A stretch of 64,000 nt of DNA from Anaeromyxobacter sp. (GCA_049840735.1 JASGJN010000021.1:64001-128000), one strand, 5' to 3'; positions 33,538 through 50,524 are shown, counted from the first letter of the stretch. Notes: generated by a model not told the origin, from the sequence alone. A program made the numbers and translations.

Positions 33538-34077
33538 ATGGTTTCCGGCTCTATCCCCAGGCGCTACGCCAAGGCGCTGTTCAGCCTCGCTGTGGAGACC
33601 AATCGCGTGGAGGCCTGGAGCGAGTCGCTCCAGGTTCTCGCGGAGCTGGTCCAGGGCTCCGCCGACCTCCGCGACGTTCTGTCCAACCCGGTCTACTCGA
33701 AGGAGCAGCGCCGGGCGATCGTCGAGCGCCTGGTCGCCGCCCTGAAGCTCGACCCCGAGCCGGCCAACCTGCTCTTCCTGATGGCCGACCGGAACCGCCT
33801 GGAGCTGCTCGACCAGGTCGTCCTCACCTTCCGCACCCTCGCCGACGCGCAGCTCGGCCGGGTCCGCGCCAAGGTGACCAGCGCCGTCCCGCTCGAGCAG
33901 TCCTCGCTCGACGCCATCGCGGCCCAGCTCTCTCGCGCCACATCGTCCAAGGTGTTGCTCGACCGCGCGGTCGACCCCGCCCTGCTCGGCGGCGTCGTGA
34001 CCCAGGTCGGCAGCCTCGTCTTCGACGGCTCCATCCGGACCCAGCTCGAGGAGCTCCGGAAGAGCCTCAAGCAGTAA
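33538..34077 (+). CDS. atpH: ATP synthase delta subunit
   Basis: RRYAKALF, VTSAVPL, VDPALLGG, DGSIR. Confidence 0.95.
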   Translation: MVSGSIPRRYAKALFSLAVETNRVEAWSESLQVLAELVQGSADLRDVLSNPVYSKEQRRAIVERLVAALKLDPEPANLLFLMADRNRLELLDQVVLTFRTLADAQLGRVRAKVTSAVPLEQSSLDAIAAQLSRATSSKVLLDRAVDPALLGGVVTQVGSLVFDGSIRTQLEELRKSLKQ

Positions 34078-34122
34078 CCGTCCTCGCCCTTCTCACCGCC
34101 GCCCCGCACCCGGAGAGCATCG

Positions 34123-35649
<1,527 letters not shown>

Positions 35650-35673
35650 GGCCCCGGACCGGAGCGGACCAAA

Positions 35674-38047
<2,374 letters not shown>

Positions 38048-38050
38048 CCC

Positions 38051-38449
38051 ATGCCGCTCACGCTCGACATCGTCACCCCCGAGAAGCGCGTGCTCTCCGT
38101 GAGCGCGGACGAGGTCCGCGCGCCCGGCGAGCTGGGCGGCTTCGGGATCCGGCTCGACCACGAGCCGTTCATGAGCGCGCTCGCGCCCGGCAGGCTCACC
38201 TACGTCGAGGGCGGCCGCGAGCACCACTACGCCATCGGCGGCGGCTTCCTGCAGGTGGCCGACAACCGCGTCATCGTCCTGGCCGACACCGCCGAGGCCG
38301 CCGGCGACATCGACGTCGAGCGCGCCAAGCGCGCCTTCAGCGACGCGCAGAACCAGCTCATGAAGCTGACCGAGCAGGACGAGCACTACCAGGCCGAGGC
38401 CGCCCGGGTGCGGCGCGCCACGGCGCGGCTCACGGTGGCGGGGCGCTAG
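38051..38449 (+). CDS. atpC: ATP synthase epsilon subunit
   Basis: IVTPE, G.FGI...H, GGFLQV, LADTAE. Confidence 0.96.
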   Translation: MPLTLDIVTPEKRVLSVSADEVRAPGELGGFGIRLDHEPFMSALAPGRLTYVEGGREHHYAIGGGFLQVADNRVIVLADTAEAAGDIDVERAKRAFSDAQNQLMKLTEQDEHYQAEAARVRRATARLTVAGR

Positions 38450-38538
38450 GAGCGTCGTCGCTCGCTGGAGTGCGCTAAGGGCCGGCGCCTGCCGGCTCTT
38501 TGCGCTTCAGCGGTCGGCGAGGGGCCGGCGTCGTGCCC

Positions 38539-38615
38539 GCCCTTCGCCAGGCTCGGGGCGAGCGGAAGGGCGCCGCTGGCCTTCGACGCCGCGCCGCTGC
38601 GCTCAGGTCGAACGG
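38539..38615 (-). repeat. Two degenerate REP-like units
   Basis: CCCTTCGCCAGGCTCGGGGCGAGCGG and GCCTTCGACGCC..GCTCAGGTCGAACGG. Confidence 0.7.
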
Positions 38616-38648
38616 GGTGTGACGGTGAGTGCGGCGCCGTGGCGAGCG

Positions 38649-39920
<1,272 letters not shown>

Positions 39921-40168
39921 CGTGCGCCATCTTCTCAAAGGTCGGCTGCGCTTGGCGAGGGGTCCCTTAGACTGGGCGTGTCGCGACCCGGTGCAGCGCT
40001 GACCGCCTCGCCTGCGAGGGCCTGCGCGGGAGCGCTCACATGTGCGAGGGACGCCGTGCGCGGTGCGCCGTGAGCCGATGTGAAGGCGCCGGAAACGCCG
40101 CCGGGAAGGGCCCGGGCACGCCTTCCGTCGCGGGCTCCGGGCGAGCTCCCGCCGGACGACTAAACGCC

Positions 40169-40197
40169 TTGAAACGTAAAGGGAAATCGGCTAGAAA
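40169..40197 (+). promoter_or_regulatory. Candidate sigma70 promoter of gyrA
   Basis: TTGAAA-17 bp-TAGAAA in an AT-rich patch. Confidence 0.5.
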
Positions 40198-40259
40198 TGC
40201 ACCTCCCCGCGCGCGCCCTGCTGACCCCGTCGGGCGCCCTGCAACCGAGCGAGCCAGCG

Positions 40260-42950
40260 ATGCCCGAAGAGACCCTGCCGCCGCCGCCGCCCGACGCGTC
40301 TGCACCGCCGCCCGGCGGGTCCGGAGACGGTCACCGCGCGCAGGTGAACATCGAGCACGAGATGCGCGAGTCGTACCTCGCCTACTCGATGTCGGTGATC
40401 GTCGGCCGCGCGCTCCCCGACGTGCGCGACGGCCTCAAGCCCGTGCACCGGCGCGTGCTGTACGCGATGCACACCGAGGGGCTGCAGCACAACAAGCGCT
40501 ACTCCAAGTGCGCCGGCGTCGTGGGCGAGGTGCTGAAGAAGTACCACCCGCACGGCGACGCGTCCGTCTACGACGCGCTGGTGCGCCTGGCGCAGGACTG
40601 GAACCTCCGCTACCCGCTCATCGACGGGCAGGGCAACTTCGGCTCCGTGGACGGCGATCCCGCCGCCGCCTACCGGTACACCGAGTGCCGGATGGACCGC
40701 CTCTCGGACTACCTGCTGGCGGACATCGACAAGGAGACCGTCGACTGGGCGCCGAACTTCGACGACTCGACGCTCGAGCCGAAGGTCCTGCCCACCCGCT
40801 TCCCCAACCTGCTCGTCAACGGCTCCGCCGGCATCGCCGTCGGCATGGCCACCAACATCCCGCCCCACAACATGGGCGAGGTGCTCGACGCCGTCGTCCA
40901 CCTGATCGAGAACCCGAAGGCCACGGTGATCGATCTGATGCGGATCATCCCCGGCCCCGACTTCCCCACCGCCGGCATGATCCTGGGGCGGGACGGCATC
41001 CGCTCCGCCTACGAGAAGGGGCGCGGCACCATCCAGGTCCGCGCCCGCGCGTCGATCGAGGTGCACCCCAAGACCGAGCGCGAGTCGATCGTCGTCACCG
41101 AGATCCCGTACCAGGTCAACAAGGCCAAGCTGGTCGAGCACATCGCCGACCTGGTGCGCGAGAAGCGGCTGGAGGGGATCAGCGACCTGCGCGACGAGTC
41201 GAGCCGCGAGGGCATGCGCATCGTCATCGAGCTGAAGCGCGATGCGATGGCGCAGGTGGTGCTGAACAACCTGTACGCCCACACGCAGATGCAGACCGGC
41301 TTCGGCGTGATCCTGCTGGCCATCGACGGCGGGCAGCCGCGCATCCTGACGCTCAAGGAGATGCTGGAGCGGTTCATCGCCCACCGGCGCGACGTCGTCA
41401 CCCGGCGCACCCGCTACGAGCTGCGCAAGGCCCGCGAGCGCGAGCACATCCTGCTCGGCTACCAGATCGCGCTCGACCACATCGACGAGATCATCGAGCT
41501 CATCAAGAAGGCGCCCGACCGCGACACCGCGCGGGACGGCCTGATGACGCGGTTCGGGCTCTCCGAGCTCCAGGCCAAGGCGATCCTGGAGATGCAGCTC
41601 CAGCGCCTCACCGGCCTGGAGCGCCAGCGCATCCTAGACGAGCTGGCCCAGGTGCAGCGCGACATCGCGCGGCTCAAGGAGATCCTGGGGTCGGAGAAGG
41701 TGATGATGGACCTCATCGTCACCGAGCTCCGCGAGATCAAGGAGCTGTTCGGCGACGAGCGGCGCACCGAGATCGTCGGCGCCGCCGAGGACCTCTCCAC
41801 CGAGGACCTGATCGCCGAGGAGGAGATGGTCGTCACCGTCTCCCACGCCGGCTACGTGAAGCGGAGCCCCGTCTCGCAGTACCGCGCCCAGAAGCGCGGC
41901 GGCCGCGGCAAGACCGGCGCCGCCACCCGCGACGAGGACTTCCTGGAGGCGCTCTACGTCGCCTCCACCCACAGCTACCTGCTGGTCTTCTCCAACAAGG
42001 GGAAGGTCTACTGGCTGAAGGTGCACGCCATCCCGCCGGCCGGGCGCTCCGCGCGCGGCAAGCCCATCGTCAACCTGGTGCAGCTGGCGCAGGGCGAGAA
42101 GGTGGCGGCGTACCTGCCCGTCCGCCGGCTGCCCGATCCGCCCAGCGCCGGGGACGACGCCGCCGAGGCGCCCGAGGTGGCGCCGGCCGAGGGCGAGGCC
42201 GAGGTCAAGGGGGCGGAGGTCATGCCCTTCGTCTTCATGGCCACCCGCAACGGCATCATCAAGAAGACGCGGCTGGACCAGTTCGCCCGGCCGCGCGCCG
42301 CCGGCATCATCGCCCTGGGCATCGACGACGACGACGAGCTGATCGGCGCGCAGCTGATGGAGCCGGGCAGCCACGCGCTGCTCTCCACCGCGCAGGGCAT
42401 GGCCATCCGCTTCGAGGAGGCGGACGTCCGGCCCATGGGGCGCAGCGCCTACGGCGTGAAGGGCATCACCCTCGAGCGCGGCGACGCCGTGGTCGCCGCC
42501 GAGGCCATCCCGGCCGCACCACCCGAGGGCTCGCCCGCGCCCACCGTGCTGACCGTCACCGCCAACGGCTACGGCAAGCGGACCGAGCTCTCCGAGTACC
42601 GCGTGCAGAGCCGCGGCGGGAAGGGGCTCATCACCATCAAGACCACGGAGCGCAACGGGCCGGTGGTCTCGGCGGTGCTGGTCTCCGACGCCGAGGAGGT
42701 GATGCTGATCACCAACCGCGGCATGCTCATCCGCATGCCGGCGCGCGGCATCAGCGTCATCGGCCGCAACACGCAGGGCGTCCGGCTCATCACCGTCGAG
42801 TCGCGCGAGGAGCAGGTGGCCGGCGTGGCCCGCGTGGCGGAGACCACACCCGAGGCCGACGCGGCCGGTGTTCGCGAGGAGCCGGAGGGCGAGGCGCCGG
42901 TGGAGGCTGCGCCGGAGGACGAGGAGGGGGAGGGCGGGGCCGAGACGTGA
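40260..42950 (+). CDS. gyrA: DNA gyrase subunit A
   Basis: [25 protein letters not shown], GyrA box QKRGGRG. Confidence 0.98.
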   Translation: MPEETLPPPPPDASAPPPGGSGDGHRAQVNIEHEMRESYLAYSMSVIVGRALPDVRDGLKPVHRRVLYAMHTEGLQHNKRYSKCAGVVGEVLKKYHPHGDASVYDALVRLAQDWNLRYPLIDGQGNFGSVDGDPAAAYRYTECRMDRLSDYLLADIDKETVDWAPNFDDSTLEPKVLPTRFPNLLVNGSAGIAVGMATNIPPHNMGEVLDAVVHLIENPKATVIDLMRIIPGPDFPTAGMILGRDGIRSAYEKGRGTIQVRARASIEVHPKTERESIVVTEIPYQVNKAKLVEHIADLVREKRLEGISDLRDESSREGMRIVIELKRDAMAQVVLNNLYAHTQMQTGFGVILLAIDGGQPRILTLKEMLERFIAHRRDVVTRRTRYELRKAREREHILLGYQIALDHIDEIIELIKKAPDRDTARDGLMTRFGLSELQAKAILEMQLQRLTGLERQRILDELAQVQRDIARLKEILGSEKVMMDLIVTELREIKELFGDERRTEIVGAAEDLSTEDLIAEEEMVVTVSHAGYVKRSPVSQYRAQKRGGRGKTGAATRDEDFLEALYVASTHSYLLVFSNKGKVYWLKVHAIPPAGRSARGKPIVNLVQLAQGEKVAAYLPVRRLPDPPSAGDDAAEAPEVAPAEGEAEVKGAEVMPFVFMATRNGIIKKTRLDQFARPRAAGIIALGIDDDDELIGAQLMEPGSHALLSTAQGMAIRFEEADVRPMGRSAYGVKGITLERGDAVVAAEAIPAAPPEGSPAPTVLTVTANGYGKRTELSEYRVQSRGGKGLITIKTTERNGPVVSAVLVSDAEEVMLITNRGMLIRMPARGISVIGRNTQGVRLITVESREEQVAGVARVAETTPEADAAGVREEPEGEAPVEAAPEDEEGEGGAET

Positions 42951-43945
42951 GGCTGCCCTTCGACTCCGCGCGCGCTCGCGCCCTGCCCTTCGACTCCGCC
43001 GCGGCTGTGCCGCGGCTACGCTCAGGGCGAACGGCCTCTCCAGGTCCGTTCTGGCTGAGCGTAGCGAGCCCGCCGGGCTCGCGGAGTCGAAGCCCAGGTG
43101 CCTGCCTGCTGCTCGCGCTCGCCTGCCTGCTCCTCGCCTGCACCTCGCAGGCGAGCCGCCTGGAGAAGGCCAACTCGCTCCGGCACGCCGGCGATCCGAA
43201 GGGCGCGCTGGAGGGCTACAAGGCCATCCTGGCCGACATGGGCGAGGCGCCGCTGCCGGACGACGAGGCGGCCATCCGCGCCAAGGCGCTCCGCTCCGCG
43301 GCCGACGTCAGCTACCTGGAGCTGGGCGACTACGCCAGCGCCGTCCTCTACTACCGCCGCCTGATCTCGCTCCGCCCCGGCACGCCGGAGGCGCGCGAGG
43401 CGCGGGCGGTGATCGGCGACATCTACCGGGAGCGGCTGCACGATCCGCTGGCCGCCATCGCGCAGTACGCCGAGGTGGCCGCCACCGACGCGCCCGAGGC
43501 CCCCCGCTTCCAGCTGGAGATGGCCAAGGCCTACCTCGACCTCAAGAACCTCGACCAGGCGCGCATCGAGGCCGGAATCCTGCGCACGCGCTGGCCCAGC
43601 GACCCGCTGGCCAACGAGGCCCAGCTGCTCATCGCGCAGGCCTGGTCGCTGGAGCGGCGGGACGGCGAGGCGCTGCGCGCCTACCAGGAGCTGATCGACC
43701 GCCGGCCGCCGCCGGAGATCCTGGCCCGCGCGCTGGAGGGCCAGGGCGGGATCCACGCCCAGGCCGGCCGCTTCGACCAGGCGCTGGAGGCCTACCGGCT
43801 GGCGCTGCCCATCCACCCCAACCCCGACGCCGTCCGCACCAACATCGCCGCCGTCACCGAGCGCCGCGCCAAGGCCGCGCCGCAGCAGGTGGGCGACCGG
43901 GCGGCCGCGTTCGACAACGGCGGCGGCGCCCACGTCGTGCCGTAG
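42947..43945 (+). CDS. TPR lipoprotein; 5' end overlaps a REP cluster
   Basis: Lipobox LLAC at codon 65, TPR-like helices; in-frame GTG overlaps the gyrA stop (GTGA). Confidence 0.7.
   Translation: MRLPFDSARARALPFDSAAAVPRLRSGRTASPGPFWLSVASPPGSRSRSPGACLLLALACLLLACTSQASRLEKANSLRHAGDPKGALEGYKAILADMGEAPLPDDEAAIRAKALRSAADVSYLELGDYASAVLYYRRLISLRPGTPEAREARAVIGDIYRERLHDPLAAIAQYAEVAATDAPEAPRFQLEMAKAYLDLKNLDQARIEAGILRTRWPSDPLANEAQLLIAQAWSLERRDGEALRAYQELIDRRPPPEILARALEGQGGIHAQAGRFDQALEAYRLALPIHPNPDAVRTNIAAVTERRAKAAPQQVGDRAAAFDNGGGAHVVP
42953..43098. repeat. Partial REP plus 114-bp REP doublet
   Basis: CTGCCCTTCGACTCCGC repeated at 30-nt period; 42985..43098 matches the reverse complement of 15817..15930. 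Confidence 0.9.
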
Positions 43946-43985
43946 CGCACCACCCGCCGCGCTGGCGCGGCGCCCGGAGAGCCAC

Positions 43986-45276
43986 ATGAAGACCGACCTG
44001 TCCGAGAAGCTGTTCGCCAAGGCCAAGGACCTCTTCCCCGGCGGCGTGAACAGCCCGGTCCGCGCCTTCAAGGGCGTGGGCGGCACGCCGCGCTTCATGG
44101 CGCGGGGGCGCGGCAGCCACCTCGTCGACGTGGACGGGAACGACTACGTCGACTACGTGCTCTCCTGGGGTCCGCTCATCGCCGGCCACTGCCACGCCGA
44201 GGTGATGCGCGAGGTGCAGGACGCCATGAAGGACGGCTCGTCCTTCGGCGCCCCCTCGCCGCGCGAGATCATCGATGGGCGAGCTGGTGCGGGAGCGCAT
44301 GCCGTGGATCGAGCGGATGCGCTTCTGCTCCTCCGGCACGGAGGCCACCACCGCCGCCATCCGCGTGGCCCGCGGGTTCACCGGCCGCGACGACCTGCTC
44401 AAGTTCGACGGCTGCTACCACGGCGCCGGCGATCCGCTGCTGGTGAAGGCCGGCTCCGGCGTGGAGACGCTGGGGCTGCCCGACTCGCCCGGCGTGCCGG
44501 CCGACGTGGCCCGCCACACGCTGACCCTGCCCTACAACGACCTCGAGGCGGCGAAGGCGCTCTTCGCCGAGCGCGGCGCCACGCTGGCGGCGGTGATCAT
44601 CGAGCCGGTGGTGGGCAACATGGGCGTGCTGGTGCCCAGGCCGGGCTACCTGCAGGGCCTGCTCGACCTCTGCCGCGCCCACGGCGCGCTGCTGATCGTG
44701 GACGAGGTGATGACCGGCTTCCGGCTGGGGAGCGGCGGCGCCTGCGGGCGCTACGGCCTCGCGCCCGACCTGGTCACCTTCGGCAAGGTGATCGGCGGCG
44801 GCCTGCCGGTGGGCGCGTTCGGCGGGCGTCCCGACGTGATGGACAGGGTGGCGCCGGCCGGCCCCATCTACCAGGCCGGCACGCTCTCCGGGAACCCGAT
44901 GGCCATGGCCGCCGGCCTGGCCACGCTGCGGCTCATGAAGCCGGAGTCGTACCAGCAGCTGGAGCAGCTGGGCGCGAAGCTGGCCGAGGGGCTGGCGGCG
45001 GAGGCCGCGGCCGCCAAGGTGCCGGTGCAGGTCAACCGGGTGGGCTCGATGCTGACGGTCTTCTTCTCCGACCAGCCCGTCTTCGACGCCGCCTCGGCGC
45101 GCCACGCCAGCAAGGAGCGCTTCGGCGCCTTCTTCCACACGCTGCTGGAGCATGGCGTCTACTTCCCGCCCTCGCAGTTCGAGGCCGCCTTCCTCTCCAC
45201 CGCGCACACCGCCGACGACCTCGAGCTGACGCTGCGCGCGGCGCGGGCGGGCTTCGCCGCGGCGGCGAAGGTCTAG
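43986..45276 (+). CDS. hemL: Glutamate-1-semialdehyde 2,1-aminomutase, frameshift near 44272
   Basis: [46 protein letters not shown]. Confidence 0.96.
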
Positions 45277-45283
45277 CCGCGCC

Positions 45284-46432
45284 GTGACCCCGCTCTTCGC
45301 CGATCGCTTCGCGTCCTTCGAGGGCGTGGCCTACCTCGACACGGCCAGCCAGGGCCCCATCCCGCTCTCCGCCTCGCGGGCCGGCAAGGACGCGCTGCGG
45401 CTCAAGGAGCAGCCCTGGCGCATCACCAGCGGCACCTACGTGGCGGCGGTCTCCGAGGCGCGGGCGCTGGCGGCGCGGCTGCTGGGCGCGCGCGAGGCCT
45501 CGGTGGCGCTGGTCACCGGCGCCGGCCAGGCCATCAACGCGGTGGCGCGCGGGCTGGAGTGGCGCGAGGGGGACGAGGTGGTGGTCCCCCGGGGCGAGTT
45601 CCCCTCCAACGACTACCCCTGGCGCTGGCTGCAGCGGCGCGGGATGCGGCTGCGGGTGGTGGAGGCCGATCACCCCAGCGGCGCGGTCTCGGCGGCGAGG
45701 CTGGCGGAGGCGGTCGGACCGCGCACGCGCGTGGTGGCCTTCGCGCACGTCTCGTACGTGCACGGCGGGCGGCTCGATCCGGCGCCGGTGGTCGAGGCCG
45801 CCCGGCGCGTGGGCGCGCTGACGGTGGTGGACGGCAGCCAGGCGGCCGGCGCGCTCCCCTTCGACTTCGTCGCCTCCGGCGTCGATGTCTACGCGGCGTC
45901 CGGCTACAAGTTCCTGCTCGGCCCCTACGGCACCGGCCTCGGCCTCTTCTCCGACGAGGCGCTGGAGCGGCTCGGGGTGGGGGACGTGAACTGGTGGGCG
46001 GTCCGCGGCTCGGAGGACTTCGCCCACCTCCCGGCCGAGGTGGACCTCAAGCCCGGCGCGGTCCGCTTCGACGCCCACGAGACCGCCGCCTTCTTCAACC
46101 TGCTCCCCTGGGCGGAGTCGCTCCGGCTCCTGCTGGAGGTGACCCCGGCGGTGATCCAGGCCCACGCCCGCGCGCTCTGCGACCGGATCCTGGCCCGCCT
46201 CCCGGACGGCTGGGAGCCCGCCTCGCCCCTCGAGCTGGACGCCCGCTCGCACCTGCTCTCGGTGCGCGCGCGCGCCCCGGGCGTGACCGATGCGACGTAC
46301 GAGGCGCTGCGGGAGGCGAAGGTCATCGCCAGCCTCAGGCGCGACCGGATCCGAGTGTCGCCGCACCTTTACACCGGCGCGTCGGACATCGACCGGTTCC
46401 TGGAGGCGCTGGCGGCCGAGACGCCCCGGTAG
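45284..46432 (+). CDS. Class V PLP aminotransferase family protein
   Basis: [32 protein letters not shown]. Confidence 0.88.
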   Translation: MTPLFADRFASFEGVAYLDTASQGPIPLSASRAGKDALRLKEQPWRITSGTYVAAVSEARALAARLLGAREASVALVTGAGQAINAVARGLEWREGDEVVVPRGEFPSNDYPWRWLQRRGMRLRVVEADHPSGAVSAARLAEAVGPRTRVVAFAHVSYVHGGRLDPAPVVEAARRVGALTVVDGSQAAGALPFDFVASGVDVYAASGYKFLLGPYGTGLGLFSDEALERLGVGDVNWWAVRGSEDFAHLPAEVDLKPGAVRFDAHETAAFFNLLPWAESLRLLLEVTPAVIQAHARALCDRILARLPDGWEPASPLELDARSHLLSVRARAPGVTDATYEALREAKVIASLRRDRIRVSPHLYTGASDIDRFLEALAAETPR

Positions 46433-46458
46433 GTGCGCGGCGGGGCGCGCGTCCCGAA

Positions 46459-46487
46459 TTGACCTTTGCAAACCCGCCTGCTATACG
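46459..46487 (+). promoter_or_regulatory. Candidate sigma70 promoter of the Fo operon
   Basis: TTGACC-17 bp-TATACG with TG extension. Confidence 0.6.
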
Positions 46488-46558
46488 GCCATACCTTTCC
46501 AAGTATCCACAGCTCCGGGGTTTTTACGTGTTTGTCGCACCCCGGCAAGGAGGCGCGG

Positions 46559-46819
46559 TTGGCAGGGCCCAGCGGTCCGGAACAGGACCAGGACGACGGG
46601 CTCTCCGGCCTCGCACGCGGATACCGGAAGGCGGAGCCGTACCTGGGCGCGGCCTATTCCCTGGTCGGCTCGGTGGCGGGCTTCTCGTTGCTCGGTTACT
46701 GGCTGGACTCGCATCTCCATCACGAGACGCCGTGGTGCCTGCTGGGCGGTGCGCTGTTCGGGATGGTCGGCGGCTTCATCAGCTTCTTCCGCATCGTGTT
46801 GAGGATCCCCAGATCGTGA
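46559..46819 (+). CDS. AtpZ/AtpI-family small membrane protein
   Basis: AAGGAGG RBS + TTG; LGYWLD...TPW...G..GF motif. Confidence 0.8.
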   Translation: MAGPSGPEQDQDDGLSGLARGYRKAEPYLGAAYSLVGSVAGFSLLGYWLDSHLHHETPWCLLGGALFGMVGGFISFFRIVLRIPRS

Positions 46820-47172
46820 AGCTCCCCATGGTCGCCGTCCTGCTCGCGCTCGGGTTCGTGGCGCTGGCGCTCGCCTCTGGTGAGCACCGCCTCGGGGCCG
46901 TGATCGGCGCGACCACGGCCGGGCTGACAGGGCTGGGATCGCTCTTCGCCATGACGCGCCTGGCCGGGCGCGGGGTGAACGGCGCGCTGCTGGTGGTGAC
47001 GCTCGGCTTCCTGCTGCGGATGGTGCTGGTGGCGATCGGCGCCGTCGTCGTGGCCCAGGCCGGCCTGAGCAAGGCCGGCTTCCTGATCGGCTTCTTCGTC
47101 CCCTTCTTCGCCCTCGTCGCGGTCGAGGCCGCGCACGTCCACTCCCTCCCCCGCAGAACGGGTACCCCATGA
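46816..47172 (+). CDS. ATP synthase protein I-like 4-TM protein
   Basis: GTGA/ATGA couplings on both sides; GFLLRM; directly upstream of atpB. Confidence 0.75.
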   Translation: MKLPMVAVLLALGFVALALASGEHRLGAVIGATTAGLTGLGSLFAMTRLAGRGVNGALLVVTLGFLLRMVLVAIGAVVVAQAGLSKAGFLIGFFVPFFALVAVEAAHVHSLPRRTGTP

Positions 47173-48281
47173 CCGCCCTGCCGCTCCTGCTCGCGCTGAG
47201 CCTCACCACCGCCCAGGTCGAGGGCGCCGCCCCGGAGGCGCCGGCCGAGGGCGCCGCGGCGGCGCACCAGGGCCACGCCGCCGAGGGTGGCCACGCGGCC
47301 GGCCACGGCGACGACATGGGCACCGTGATGATGCACCACGTGACGGACAGTCACGTGCTGGAGCTGCCCTGGCTGTGCGCCCGGGGCGAGGCCCAGGGGT
47401 ACTGCGAGATCGAGCTCGACCACGTGTTCGGCACGACGCGCGACGAGGCCACCGGCAAGGCCATCTCCGGCCCGCTGGTGGTGGGCGGGGTGGACCTGAC
47501 GCCCACCAAGCACGTCGTCATGCTGTGGCTGGGCTCGCTGATCCTGCTGGTGGTGGCGATCACGTCGGCGCGCAAGCGCAGCCTGGTGCCCCGCGGCGGC
47601 TACAACTTCGTCGAGGTGCTGGTCGCCTTCGTCCGCAACGAGATCGCGGTGAAGAACATCGGCCAGAAGGACGCCGACCGGTTCACGCCCTACCTGGTCA
47701 CGGCCTTCTTCTTCATCCTCTTCCTCAACCTGCTGGGCCTGGTGCCCTTCGCCGCCACCGCCACCGCCAACATCTCGGTGACGGTCATGCTGGCGCTCTT
47801 CACCTTCTTCATCACCCAGTACGCGGCCATCCGGTCCATGGGGCTGGGCGGCTTCCTCTCGCACCTGACCGGCGGCGTGCCCAGGTCGCTCTGGCCGCTC
47901 TGGTTCATCATGGTGCCGGTCGAGACCATGGGGCTCTTCACCAAGCCCTTCGCCCTGACGGTCCGCCTCTTCGCCAACATGGTGGCGGGCCACTTCGTGA
48001 TCCTGGCGCTGCTGGGGCTGATCTTCGTGATCTCGCCCTGGGTCTTCTTCGGCGCGGTCCCGATGGCGCTGGCCATCTTCCTGCTCGAGCTCTTCGTGGC
48101 CTTCGTGCAGGCCTACATCTTCACCATGCTCTCGTCGCTCTTCATCGGCGCCGGCCTCGTGCACCACGGGGACCACGGCGATCACGGTGGGCACGGCGAG
48201 GCGCACGCCGGTCCGGGCATGGGCTCGGAGCACGGCGCCCACGGTTCACACGTGGCCGGGACGTCCCCGGGCCATGGGTAG
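47169..48281 (+). CDS. atpB: ATP synthase a subunit
   Basis: [29 protein letters not shown]. Confidence 0.96.
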   Translation: MTALPLLLALSLTTAQVEGAAPEAPAEGAAAAHQGHAAEGGHAAGHGDDMGTVMMHHVTDSHVLELPWLCARGEAQGYCEIELDHVFGTTRDEATGKAISGPLVVGGVDLTPTKHVVMLWLGSLILLVVAITSARKRSLVPRGGYNFVEVLVAFVRNEIAVKNIGQKDADRFTPYLVTAFFFILFLNLLGLVPFAATATANISVTVMLALFTFFITQYAAIRSMGLGGFLSHLTGGVPRSLWPLWFIMVPVETMGLFTKPFALTVRLFANMVAGHFVILALLGLIFVISPWVFFGAVPMALAIFLLELFVAFVQAYIFTMLSSLFIGAGLVHHGDHGDHGGHGEAHAGPGMGSEHGAHGSHVAGTSPGHG

Positions 48282-48344
48282 TCGAGCGCAGCACGCGCCC
48301 CGGGACGGCGGCCCGGCACATCCGCCAACACCAGGAGAAGCACC

Positions 48345-48587
48345 ATGAACGCTGTCGCTCTCGCCTATCTCTCTGCCGGCTTCGGGGCCGGTCTCGCCGT
48401 CCTCGGCGCCGGCCTCGGCATCGGCAAGCTGGCCGCCGCCGCCATGGAGGGCTCGGCCCGCCAGCCCACCGCGGCCGCCGACATCCGCACCGGCATGATC
48501 ATCGCCGCCGCCCTCATCGAGGGCGCCACGCTCTTCGCGATCGTGGTCTGCCTGCTGCTGGCCATCAGCAAGCCTGTCGCCGGCTAG
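48345..48587 (+). CDS. atpE: ATP synthase c subunit
   Basis: GAGLGIG, ARQP, ALIEG; AGGAG RBS. Confidence 0.96.
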   Translation: MNAVALAYLSAGFGAGLAVLGAGLGIGKLAAAAMEGSARQPTAAADIRTGMIIAAALIEGATLFAIVVCLLLAISKPVAG

Positions 48588-48663
48588 CCGCCGTCCGTCC
48601 TCACACCCGCCCGCCCCGTCCCGGCATCGGCGCCGGGGCGGGCGGGAACCTGGAGCGCTCCGC

Positions 48664-49200
48664 ATGCTCACCGTCCCCAGCACCCCGGTCCTCGCCGCCG
48701 GCGCCATCACCGACATCAACATCGGCCTGACCTTCTGGACGGGCGTCACCTTCCTGCTGCTGCTGGTGGTCCTCTGGAAGTACGCCTGGGGCCCCATCGT
48801 GAAGATGCTGGCCGAGCGCGAGCGGACCATCCGCGACGCCATCGAGTCGGCCAAGAAGGAGCGGGCGGAGGCCGAGCGGCTGCTCGCCTCGCAGAAGGAC
48901 GCGCTGGCCACGGCGCAGCGCGAGGCCACCGAGATGGCGATGCGCTCGAAGCAGGAGGTGGAGTCGCTCCGCCAGGAGCTGACCGCCAAGGCGCGGCAGG
49001 AGGCCGACGCGCTCCTGGCCGAGGCCCGCCGGCAGATCGCGGAGGAGCTCTCCCGCGCCCGCGCGGACCTCAAGGCGCACGTGGTGGACCTGGCCATCGA
49101 CGCCGCGGGCCGCCTGGTGAAGGGCAGCCTCGACGAGAAGGCGCAGCGCCAGCTGGTCGAGGAGTACATCGCCCAGCTGCCGGCCAACCGCGCGGCCTGA
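48664..49200 (+). CDS. atpF: ATP synthase b subunit
   Basis: FW...F..L..VL.KYAWGPI...L.ERE then coiled coil. Confidence 0.93.
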   Translation: MLTVPSTPVLAAGAITDINIGLTFWTGVTFLLLLVVLWKYAWGPIVKMLAERERTIRDAIESAKKERAEAERLLASQKDALATAQREATEMAMRSKQEVESLRQELTAKARQEADALLAEARRQIAEELSRARADLKAHVVDLAIDAAGRLVKGSLDEKAQRQLVEEYIAQLPANRAA

Positions 49201-49226
49201 CGCACCCCCGCTCCCGGCTGTCCCAC

Positions 49227-49259
49227 GCTCTGGCGGCCGCCTGGCCGCCGGAGCTTTTT
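49227..49259 (+). terminator. Intrinsic terminator after atpF
   Basis: GCTCTGGCGGCC-GCCT-GGCCGCCGGAGC-TTTTT. Confidence 0.8.
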
Positions 49260-49279
49260 CGTGTATAGAAGGCGCCACC

Positions 49280-50392
49280 ATGGGTCTCTCGATCGGCATC
49301 GTCGGCCTCCCCAACGTGGGGAAGTCCACCCTCTTCAACGCGCTGCTGGGCGCCGCCCAGGCGGCCGCGGCCAACTACCCGTTCTGCACCATCGAGCCGA
49401 ACGTGGGCGTGGTCCCGGTCCCGGACCGCCGGCTGGACCAGCTCTCGGCGCTCTTCAAGCCGAAGAAGACCACGCCGACCACGCTCGAGTTCGTGGACAT
49501 CGCCGGCCTGGTGGCGGGCGCGTCCAAGGGCGAGGGGCTGGGCAACCAGTTCCTGGGCAACATCCGCGAGGTGGACGCCATCGCCCACGTGCTGCGCTGC
49601 TTCGAGGATCCGGACGTGGTCCACGTGGCGGGCAAGGTGGACCCGCGCGGCGACCGCGACGTGGTGGACACCGAGCTGATGCTGAAGGACCTCGACTCGG
49701 TCGAGAAGAAGCGGGAGCGCACGCAGAAGAACACCAAGGCGGCGGGCAAGCAGGGCGAGCAGGCCAAGGCGGACCTGGCGGCGCTGGACAAGGTGAAGGC
49801 GGGGCTGGAGGCGGGCACGCCGGTCCGGGCGCAGAAGCTCTCCGACGAGGAGAAGGCGGCCATCAAGGACCTCTTCCTGCTCACCTCGAAGCCGGTCCTC
49901 TACATCGCCAACGTGGACGAGTCGCAGCTGGGCAAGGAGGCCACCGACCCGCGCATCCAGGAGGTGGCCCGGCTGGCCGCGTCCGACGGCGCGCAGTGGG
50001 TGGAGATCTCCGGCAAGGTGGAGTCGGAGCTGGTGGCGCTGGCCCCGGAGGAGCGCGGCGAGTACCTCAAGTCGCTGGGGCTGGAGGAGCCGGGCCTCGA
50101 CCGCCTGGTGCACGCGGGCTACCGGCTGCTGGGGCTCAACACCTACTTCACGTCGGGCGAGGACGAGTGCCGCGCCTGGACGGTGAAGAAGGGCGCCCTG
50201 GCCCCGCAGGCGGCGGGCGTGATCCACACCGACTTCGAGAAGGGCTTCATCAAGGCCGAGGTGATCCGCATCGAGGACCTCCTCGAGCTCAAGACCGAGG
50301 CGGCCTGCCGCGAGAAGGGCAAGCTCCGCATCGAGGGCAAGGAGTACGTCGTCCAGGACGGCGACGTGATGCACTTCCGGTTCAACGTCTGA
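49280..50392 (+). CDS. ychF: Redox-regulated ATPase YchF
   Basis: GLPNVGKST, NYPFCTIEPN, DIAGL, IHTDFEKGFI, HFRFNV. Confidence 0.97.
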   Translation: MGLSIGIVGLPNVGKSTLFNALLGAAQAAAANYPFCTIEPNVGVVPVPDRRLDQLSALFKPKKTTPTTLEFVDIAGLVAGASKGEGLGNQFLGNIREVDAIAHVLRCFEDPDVVHVAGKVDPRGDRDVVDTELMLKDLDSVEKKRERTQKNTKAAGKQGEQAKADLAALDKVKAGLEAGTPVRAQKLSDEEKAAIKDLFLLTSKPVLYIANVDESQLGKEATDPRIQEVARLAASDGAQWVEISGKVESELVALAPEERGEYLKSLGLEEPGLDRLVHAGYRLLGLNTYFTSGEDECRAWTVKKGALAPQAAGVIHTDFEKGFIKAEVIRIEDLLELKTEAACREKGKLRIEGKEYVVQDGDVMHFRFNV

Positions 50393-50474
50393 CTGTCCGG
50401 GCCGCCAAGCCGGCCCGGACCTTCCTTGCTGAAGCCCGCGTCCTCGCATCGGATCCTCAACCCCCTCCAAGGAC

Positions 50475-50524
50475 CCGCTCGGCCTGAGCGTAGCCGCCGC
50501 GAAGCGGCGGCGAAGTCGAAGGCC
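50475..50524 (+). repeat. REP-like unit
   Basis: CCGCTCGGCCTGAGCGTAGCCGCCGC-GAA-GCGGCGGCGAAGTCGAAGGCC. Confidence 0.85.

Noticed and set aside
45284..46432. Cysteine desulfurase assignment
   Set aside because: No catalytic Cys loop (RxGxHCA or SSGSAC) is present; kept as generic class V aminotransferase
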